DNA of 64,000 nucleotides, taken from assembly GCF_006345805.1 (NCBI RefSeq), contig NC_042999.1, positions 135,966,001-136,030,000 on the forward strand, written 5' to 3'. Position 1 is the first letter of the stretch. Every line of letters starts with the position of its first letter. The position numbers and the translations under genes were made by a program. The notes under the pieces were generated by a model. That model saw nothing but the letters and a program-made list of their open reading frames with translations, did not search any database and had not been told where the DNA came from. The DNA comes from Octopus sinensis. Its lineage: Eukaryota. Positions 54,231-64,000 of the stretch are shown here, piece after piece.

Positions 54231-54314
54231 CATTATTATTATCATCATCATTATTATTATTCAGGTCACTGTCTGCAATCAAACTTGGAATCTTGGGGTT
54301 AGTAGCCTGTGCTC
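54063..54314 (-). mobile_element. Probable SINE-like element: truncated tRNA-like head, (TAA)n spacer and decayed hammerhead
   Basis: Minus strand gagcacaggCTACTAAccccaagattccaaGTTTGATTgc, then (aat)n, then acac-CTGATGA-a-ggctg-gagtgtttat-caact-GAAA-c. Confidence 0.45.
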
Positions 54315-54513
54315 AATATATCTACTTTAAGTCTGATACATAGATGGCTATTTTCATTTAATACTGTTTCTTTTGAATATAATAACCATATATACATACA
54401 TATATATATTGATAAGAATGGTAAGACAACAAAAGAAAGAAAGAGACCTCGATATTATGTAAATAGAGGAATTTATCTGTAAATGTAATATGTAACAATT
54501 ATTTGGTAGCCAT

Positions 54514-54574
54514 GATAAAACTCCAAGTTTCGGATTCAGAGGTGGAAATCCCCGCCACCATCTCTTCAGTTATC
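54514..54574 (-). ncRNA. Hammerhead ribozyme, inverted copy of 54603-54663 with a partly mutated stem II
   Basis: Minus strand reads gataa-ctgaaga-gatggtggcggggatttccacctctgaatc-c-gaaa-cttggag-tt-ttatc. Core and stems I and III are intact. Confidence 0.65.
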
Positions 54575-54602
54575 TGGCCATCGGAAAAGTGCCCGATGGC
54601 CG

Positions 54603-54663
54603 GATAACTGAAGAGATGGCGGTGTGGATTTCCACCTCCGCATCCGAAACTCGGAGTTTTATC
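54603..54663 (+). ncRNA. Type I hammerhead ribozyme with extended stem II
   Basis: GATAA-CTGAAGA-GATGgCGGtGTGG-attt-CCACctCCGCATC-C-GAAA-CT-cgg-AG-TT-TTATC. Stem I GATAA/TTATC, intact core, stem III ACT/AGT, GUU triplet. Confidence 0.75.
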
Positions 54664-54702
54664 ATGGCTACCGAATAATTGTCACATATTACATTTACAG
54701 AT

Positions 54703-54748
<46 letters not shown>

Positions 54749-55253
54749 CTGGCTCTCCATTGATTATAATAATTATTCCAGATGATTTGATCACTGGATC
54801 ATCATGACATACTGAAAGTGACAAGGCCGGCCTATTGAACAAGAGGTACAAGTCATTTGTGCCAGCTGAGTCAACTGGAGCAATCAGAAATAAAATGTCT
54901 TGTTCAAGGACACAACATGCAACCAGGTGTATGTATGTATGTATCTCTGTATATAAGCAAATAAAAGCCCAGATTGAGGTAGTGGAACAGATAAAATGCA
55001 CACTACATATGTACTACTCCCAGCTGTTAACTGTCTGCTATACAGAAACTATCACCTTACTGCATTTCTATTAAGAGTTACAACAAAATATGTACCTCTC
55101 AATCCCAATAAATTGTTATGTTCCTTATTGTACACTGTCCACTTTTTGTTCTCTATACCTGCTGCTCACTGTTTGAAGCTTACTAACTTCCTACAAACAG
55201 ATCCCTGGATCATATTTCTCTCTCTCTGTATATATATATATATATATATATAG

Positions 55254-57477
55254 GTTGCTAAATGAAGAGAATGGAAGAGAAAGAGAGTCTGCTGAATGTT
55301 GATCCAACAGAGGGACACGCTATCCGAATTGACAGTACCTAAATAGATAAAGCAATTAAGGATATGTAAACAGGGAAAGCCCCTGGCCCATCAGGAATCA
55401 CTGCAGAGAGGCTTAAAATATCTGGCAGTGTCAGCTACAGTCTAATCACCTGTATGGTCAAAAAGGTGACACATGGAGTCATACCCAATGAATGGTGTAG
55501 CAGCACCATAGTCAACTGCTATAAAGGTAAAGGTGATGCATTAGATACAAATAATTACAGAGGTATCAAGTTGTTGGATCAGGTAATGAAAGTCACAGAG
55601 AGTGTCATAGCACAACTAATTAGAGAGAGTCAGTTTAGACAAGATGCAGTTTGGGTTTGTGCCAGGGAAAAGCACCACTGATGCTATATTTCTGGTAAGA
55701 CAGCTGCAGGAGAAATAGCTAGCCAAAGATAAACTTCTGTACTTGGCTTTCGTTGACATGGAGAAAGCCTTTGACAGGGTCTGTCATTCTCTTATCTGGT
55801 GGTCAATTAGAAACTAGGGATAGATGAGTGGCTAGTGAGAGCTGTGCAAGCCATGTACAGGGATGCTGTCAGTAAGGTGAGGGTTGGCAATGAGTACAGT
55901 GAAGAATTCCGGGTAGGAGTCCACCAAAAATTAGTCCTCAGCCCTCTCTTATTCATCATAGTCCTCCAGGCAATAACAAAGGAATTCAAAACAAGATGTC
56001 CCTGGAAGCTTCTCTATGCAGATGAACTTGCTCTAATAGCTGTTTCTATATCAGAACTAGAGAAGTTTCAGGTATGGAAGCAAGGTCTTGAATCGAAGGG
56101 CCTCAGAGTTAATTTAGCAAAAACCAAAGTTTTAATAAGTAGGAAGGCAGACAAATCACAAATCCCTTCAGGTAGATGACCCTGCTTGATCTGTAGAAAA
56201 GACATAGGTAGAAACTCCATAAGATGTACCTGGTGTAAGCTATGGACACATAAGAGGTGCAGCAATATCAGAAGAAGGTTAACTGGGGAGATAGTTTTTG
56301 TGTGTAGCAAATGCTCAGGGGCAATAAACACTGAAAATGGGCAGAAAACAGCTTCTGTCACATGCCAGGGATAAAAACTAGAAGTAGTTGATAGCGTCCA
56401 TTACCTAGGTCACCAAGTCAGTAGTGGGGGTGCATGCTCTGAGAGTGTAGCTGCTAGAATAAGAATAGCCTTGGCAAAGTTCAGAGAGCTCCTACCACTG
56501 CTTGTGACAAAGGTCCTTTCACTCAGGGTAAAAGCTAAACTGTATGACGCATCTGTGTGAACAGCCATGCAACATGGCAGTGAAACATGGGCCGTGACTA
56601 CTGAGGACATGCATAAACTTGCAAAGAATGAAGCTAGTATGCTCCACTGGATGTCTAATTTCAGTGTGCATACGCGACAGTGTAAGCACCCTGAAAGAAC
56701 AGTTGGACATAAGAAGCATCAGATGTGGTGTGCAAGAGAGATGATTGCATTGGTATGGTCATGTGTTGCATATGGATGAGAAAAGCTGTGTGAAAAAGTG
56801 TCATATACTAGCAGTAGAGGGAACCTGTGAAAAAGGTAGACCCAGGAAGACCTGGGATGAGGTGGTGAAGCACAACCTCACGGAGGCGATGACAGGTGAC
56901 TGAGACCTTTGGAGATATGCTGTGCGTGAGAAGACCCGGCAAGCCAAGTGAGACTGTAACCATGGCCTATGCCAGTGCAGCATAACTGGCCTATTTAAGA
57001 GTACCCTTCAATCATTGGGCAATAAACAGTGCTAGCAAAGACCTGTTGAGTCAAGTGAAGTCATTGTCTTGTCAATGACAGTACTGCCTGATTGGCATCC
57101 ATGCTGGTGGTATGTAAAAAGCACAATTCGAGCTTGATCAATACCAGTGCTGCCTGACTGGTCCCCAGCCAGTAGCACATAAAAAGCACCATTCAAACAT
57201 GATCGTTGCTAGTGCTGCCTGACTGGCTCCCATGCTAGTGGTACATAAAAAGCACCAATCGAGTGTGTTTGATGCCAGTGCGAGCTGACTGGCCCTATGC
57301 TGGTGGCATGTAAAAAGTACTTAATACTCTCTCAGAGTGGTTGGCATTAGAAACGGTATCCAGCTGTAGAAACTTTGCCAGATCAGATTGGAGCCTGGTG
57401 CAGCCTTCTCAGTGAAATCATCCAACCCACGACAGCATGGAAAGTGGACGTTAAACAACGATGATGATGATGATGAT
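55254..57477 (+). mobile_element. RTE-clade LINE, 5'-truncated, pseudogenised reverse transcriptase plus 3' UTR and (GAT)n tail
   Basis: Motifs GKAPGPSGITAE, NYRGIKLL, QFGFVPGKSTTDAIF, AFVDMEKAFDRV, GVHQ..VLSPLLF, LLYADELAL, GSETWA and GRPRKTWDEVV. Multiple stops. Confidence 0.92.
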
Positions 57478-57733
57478 ATATAGGTAAAGTTACCTTCTGA
57501 AGTCATACTGACTCATAAGGGCCAGTTTCCTGGTTTCTTGTTGTATAAATATTCCCCACCTGGACGGGACGCTGATCCATTGCAGGATTTCTTATTTTTG
57601 GCAGCTGAGTGAACTGGAGCAAAGTGAAATGAAGTGTTTTGCTCAAGAACACAATGCATTGCCCAGTTCAGAAATTGAAACTACAATCTCATGATCATAA
57701 GTTCAATACCCTAATCACTAAGCCATGCATCTC

Positions 57734-57771
<38 letters not shown>

Positions 57772-58952
57772 TAGATAGATAGGTAGATTAGATATATATA
57801 TATGAAATAGTTAATCTAGATAAAGATAACAGTGCTCAATGCAAATAAGATTGCAAAATACGTTAAGAAAAAATACATACATACTAACTATTGATATGCA
57901 GACTGAGTTCTATTGTGTTTTACAATGTGATTCAAAGTGTGCCAATGAAAAGTTAGCCTGTGTATATTTTTTTCTAAATACATACATTGATATAATCCAC
58001 ATTGATTTTAATAATATTAATATTCATATTTCGTGCTGTGTGTTGAGAGCACTTGAAGATAATGTACACTTATAATCATAGACAATGAAATCCTAAAAAA
58101 ATATTTCTCCAATATAATATGCGTTAGCTTTTCTTTAACATTATGATACAGATATATATAAAAAAAACTTTGTTTAGTCAGATTTATTATAATTGATGCA
58201 TAAAATAAACTGAAAATGCTTGTGTATTCTAAATGAAACAAAAAGCAAATTTGAAAGTGATCTTTGAACTTCACTAATATAGGCTGTAAAGCTGCCCCTG
58301 ATGTAAATTCAATATTGTCAAAGTAACATGATTATGTCTTTTCACGAATAAAGTGAAATTATACGCAAATAATATAGTGTATATACATATATATATATAA
58401 ATATATATATATATACATGCATGCATTTATATATATATATATATATATATATGTGGAAAACAAACGTTAATTGATGATGACGACGATCATGACAATGACA
58501 TATATCATCATAATCATCATCATTTTGATGTACACTTCTCCATGCTTCTACAGAAGATTTTATATATATGGCCATATATATATATACATACATAAACATA
58601 TGTATATGTGTATGTGTGAATATATATATATATATACTAGTAGAGATACCCACTGCTGCTCAGGATTAAGATGGCATAGTTTTTTTATTCTTTTACTTGT
58701 TCCAGTCATGTGACTGAGGCCATGCTGGAGTATTGCCTTTAGTTGAACAAATTGACCCCAGGATTATTCTTTGTAATCCTAGTATTTATTCCATTGGTGT
58801 CTTTTGTGGAACCTCTAAGTTACAGGGATGTAAACACAGCAACATTGGCTGTCAAGTGATGGTGGGCGTACAAACACATATATAGAACAGTCTTCCTTTA
58901 GTTTCCGTGTACAAATTCCACTGACAAGGCTTTAGTTAGCCTGAGGCTATAG

Positions 58953-59930
<978 letters not shown>

Positions 59931-60897
59931 ATGGGCCGTGACTGCTGAGGACATGCGCAAGCTCGCGAGAAATGAAGCCAGTATGCTCCGATGGATGTGT
60001 AATGTCAGTGTGCATGCTCGACAGAGCGTTAGTACCCTGAGAGAAATGTTGGACTTAAGGAGCATCAGTTGTGGTGTGCAAGAGAGATGATTGCGCTGGT
60101 ATGGTCATGTGGCGAGAATGGATGAAGATAGGTGTGTGAAAAAGTGCCAATCCCTAGCAGTGGAGGGAACCCGTGGAAGAGGTAGACCCAGGAAAATTTG
60201 GGACGAGGTGGTGAAGCACGACCTTCGAACTTTAGGTCTCACTGAGGAAATGACTTGAGACTGAGACCTTTGGAAATATGCTGTGCGTGAAAAGACCAGG
60301 CAGGACAAGTGAGTCCAGCCCACTTATGCATGCCTTTCCTCCCTTGGACACACAAAGACCTGTTGAGGCAAGTGAAGTCGATATCGAACCTCATCCAACG
60401 ACAGGCACCTATGCCTACCCCACTTTGCTTGCGAAGACCTTTTGGGGCAAGTGAAATCGAAATCGGAATCGAAATTGAACCAATCCTATGACTGGCAGAT
60501 GCCAGGACCCCTGGACTGGAGATACATAAAAAGCACTATCCGAATTGTGGCCGATGCCAGCTCCGCCTTGACTGGCTTCCGTGTCGGTGGCACGTAAAAA
60601 GCACCATCCGAATCGTGGCTGAAGCCAGTGCCGCCTCAACTGGCTTCCGTGCAGGTGGCACGTAAAATGCACCAATCCGACCGTGGCCGATGCCAGCCTC
60701 GCCTGGCTCCAGTGCAGGTGGCACGTAAAAAGCACCCACTACACTCACGGAGTGGTTGGCGTTAGAAAAGGCATCAAGCTGTAGAAACATTGCCAGATAA
60801 GACCGGAGCCTGGGCAGCCTTCTGGCTTCCCAGAACCCTGGTCGAACCGTCCAACCCATGCTAGCATGGAGAACGGACGTTAAACGATGATGATGAT
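59931..60897 (+). mobile_element. Younger 5'-truncated copy of the same RTE LINE
   Basis: [25 protein letters not shown] aligns with 56588 onward. Same 3' UTR and (GAT)n tail. CpGs retained. Confidence 0.9.
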
Positions 60898-61081
60898 ATA
60901 CATATATATATATATATTATATATATATATATACACATACATATATATACACATATATACAAATATATATATATACACATGTATACATACATATACATAT
61001 ATACATATATGTATATATACATATACATATATATATATATACACATTTATGTAAATGTATGTATGTGTGTGTGTATATATC

Positions 61082-61450
61082 TCTATATATAAAACTGAAA
61101 TGCGTTTTTACCGCTTGGATCGCTTTCAATGCCACTACGACCCGTCCGATTCGCTCCAAAATTTACAGGGACATGTAGAATGAGGTGACGATGCGCGTGG
61201 GCTACCTTAGAAATCCCTATCTTAAAAGGTGTGGTTGCTAGGGGCCATCTTCTTCACTCACCCTATTTCCTCCTTTCCCTCTCTTACTCCTCTTCATAAC
61301 TTTCAGAAGTCCACTACGGTTATTTAAAGTATCTGTCACTATCGCTATTTCCTTTCTTTTTCACTGACTCTGTTTCCTACCTTCCTATCACTTCGGCGGC
61401 GTTCTTTTAAGTATATGTCTGTCACCAACAATCAACACACGAGCATGAGA
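61082..61450 (+). mobile_element. Probable 5' part of another Helitron-like non-autonomous element
   Basis: Begins TCTATATATAAAACTG like the element at 62918. CpG-rich. No 3' end found. Confidence 0.4.
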
Positions 61451-61901
61451 ACAAATATTATGAATCAGATATTCTTGCGTTCATTTATATGTGTGTGTGT
61501 GTGTTCTATATATAAATATGTATATATAATGTATGTGTGTGTGTGTGTGTGTTCTATATATAAATATGTATATATAATGTATGTGTGTGTGTTCTATATA
61601 TAAATATGTATATATAATGTATGTGTGTGTGTGTGTTCTATATATAAATATGTTCTATATATAAAGTGTATATATCTGTATTTATGTATATTAAACTTTT
61701 AATGTATATATAATGTATGTGTGTGTGTGTGTTCTATATATAAATATGTTCTATATATAAAGTGTATATATCTGTATTTATGTATATTAAACTTTTTCAT
61801 ACTTTTTCATAGTTATATATATTTTTAAACAAATTATAAATATAATTTCATAATTTTTATTTTCAATTTAAATAATTTAAAGTTTTCAATTTTATATTTT
61901 A

Positions 61902-62918
61902 CTAGCAGTATCGCCCGGCGTTGCTCGGATTTGTAAGGGAAATAACTATATAAGCATTTTTAGTGAGTTATAGCAAAAAAATAGCAAAAAATGCATTAAA
62001 GATGGAATAAAAAATGATAGTAATTTCTTTTTTAAATCGTTGACTCATCGTAGACATTTTTAGAGAGTTTCTTCCCTTATATAATAGCGAAAAATGCATT
62101 AAAATGGAATAAAAAAATGATGGTAATTTTTTTTTTAATCGTTGACTCATCGTAGACATTTTTAGAGAGTTACTTCCCTTATATAATAGCGAAAAATGCA
62201 TTAAAATGGAATAAAAAATAATGGTAAATTTTTTTTTAAATCGTAGACTCATCGTAGACGCACGCTAATACCCAGAAGGGCTCGATATGAATCACGACTA
62301 TAAGATACCCGGTTTTGGTTACACTGCACCGCAAAATGTGGGAGTAGTTAGGAATCTAAATCGTAGGAGACAGACACACAACCTTACTTTTATATATAAA
62401 GATTTGTGCAACAACTAAAACATTCGGTTGTGCAAATTGTTTGCACAGGAAACCTGCCCTGTGTGGCGGTTTTTGCCGTTTTTGTGGATCTGTTTCAGCT
62501 TTTTTAGCGATCTCTGTTTTGGCGACTTCAAGCCATGAAGTCGTTGTTCTAAAAGAACGCTGGACTCCTTCACAACGCATTACGACGTTGATTTCCTTAC
62601 ACTCCCTTCCCCACAGCTTCACGAGGGAGGGAAGAAGGGGGAGAAGCAACACAGGTGCAGGCGTGAGCGTGGACGCCAACTCCGCCGCCATCGACACACG
62701 AAAAAATATGCATTAAAATGGAATAAAAAATGATGTTAAATTATTTTTTAAATCGTAGACTCATCGTAGACGCGCGCTAATACCCAGACGGGCTCGATAT
62801 GAATCACGACTATAAGATACCCGAATTTGGTTAAACTGCACCGCAAAATTTGGGAGTAGTTAGGAATCTAAATCGAAGGGGACAGACACTCACACAACTA
62901 CAGTTTTATATATATAGA
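61902..62918 (-). mobile_element. Composite non-autonomous Helitron with two 5' ends and one 3' end
   Basis: Minus-strand 3' end ccgagcaacgccgggcgatactgCTAG|T at 61902. TC(T)TATATATAAAA starts at 62402 and 62918. Internal tandem units of about 104 bp at 61985-62260. Block 62195-62400 is repeated at 62700-62915. Confidence 0.8.
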
Positions 62919-63061
62919 TATATTTTCTATGTTATATTTTCTTTTTTTATGTTTTTGTTTTTGGTTTTTCACTGTTTGATTTGCCTATTAGTGGTTTTAT
63001 CTCTAATTTAATTTATACAGATATATATCTCATTTGTATACATTTGTATATATAATGCGTG

Positions 63062-63095
<34 letters not shown>

Positions 63096-64000
63096 CATAT
63101 ATATATGTGTGCATTACGTAGTCGGTCGATTCACCTGAAAATATGCACACCTATGTTAAAGGTGCTGACAAGTTTGCATCACAACTATTTTGTTCCTCAA
63201 ATGAAAGGCGTCACCTCTAGGACAAATTTCCTCATCTTATAAAATGTGGCCCCAGTACACCCGAATGAAATCGGGTTATATTAACCAAAATGTGAAAAGG
63301 GGTCTAAATGGGGCTGGAAGGGGATTAAAATTTCAAAGAGCGGGTGTTTAGGAATTCTCTGTTGCATCAAGCTAAAAAATTTGCGCCAGCCTTTTAATCA
63401 TCAATGTGTTGCCGTCCATGATAAAGAAGTTTTCAATGCTTGCCATGGTGAGTCTACTGTCGTGAGAAAGAATCACTTCAAAACTTGGTGTTTACGAATT
63501 TTCTTTTACATCAAGTTCAAAATTTTACGCCAGCCGTTAAACTGTCACTACGTTGCTGTCCGTCGTTAACAAATGCCAGCCATGGTGACTCTACTATCCT
63601 CAGATTCTATCCCTTCAAACTTTGGTTTCCAATATTTTATTATTTTTATTCAGCTCGCAAGTTCGTCTGTCCCTTTTGAATGTTAGCGTTTTGCTGTCTG
63701 CCTTGAAGCAGACCTTTCCATTGCCACTGCCTCATATTTCTGATTGATCTTTCTAAATATTTTATTTCTCAACTTACTCAAGATATTTTGTTGTTTATAA
63801 ATGGGAGAGAGATAGATAAAGATAGAGAGTAAGAGAAAGCGAGGGAGGGTCAGAGAGAAAAGAAAACAGAGTGGGAAAGTGAGAGAGAAAGGAGAGAGAA
63901 ACAAATACGGAGAATCATCATCATCGTTTAACGTCCGTTTTCCGTGCTAGCACGGGTTGGGCAGTGTGACCGGGGTCTCGGAAGCCAGGAGGCTGCACCA

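Larger units (their letters stand above)
54410..54703 (-). mobile_element. Second family of non-autonomous hammerhead-bearing inverted-repeat element in (TA)n
   Basis: Inverted arms at about 54474-54584 and 54593-54703 with an 8-nt spacer. Unpaired tail at 54410-54473. TA tracts on both sides. Confidence 0.7.

Overview
AT-rich, microsatellite-dense eukaryotic DNA. The repeat landscape (tRNA-derived CORE-type and Meta/MESC-type SINEs, RTE LINE with (GAT)n tails, Helitrons, mariners) looks like a coleoid cephalopod, probably Octopus; this is an inference. Only one host coding exon is recognisable: the C-terminal exon of TMEM245 on the minus strand at about 52.7-52.9 kb. Everything above it is probably TMEM245 intron. 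Most ORFs in the supplied track are microsatellite artefacts. The rest is decayed mobile DNA: a Penelope-like GIY-YIG remnant, two mariner remnants, RTE copies, Helitrons, several MITEs and minisatellites. The most notable signal is a set of short non-coding elements inserted in (TA)n tracts. Each has one long arm plus a shorter inverted copy. Two of them (42.6-43.1 kb and 54.4-54.7 kb) carry a divergent pair of minimal type I hammerhead ribozymes. Further decayed hammerhead-like motifs occur in other families, one behind a tRNA-like head. Together they suggest several ribozyme-bearing, Penelope-mobilised non-autonomous retroelement (retrozyme-like) families. All coordinates were read by eye and boundaries of decayed repeats are approximate.
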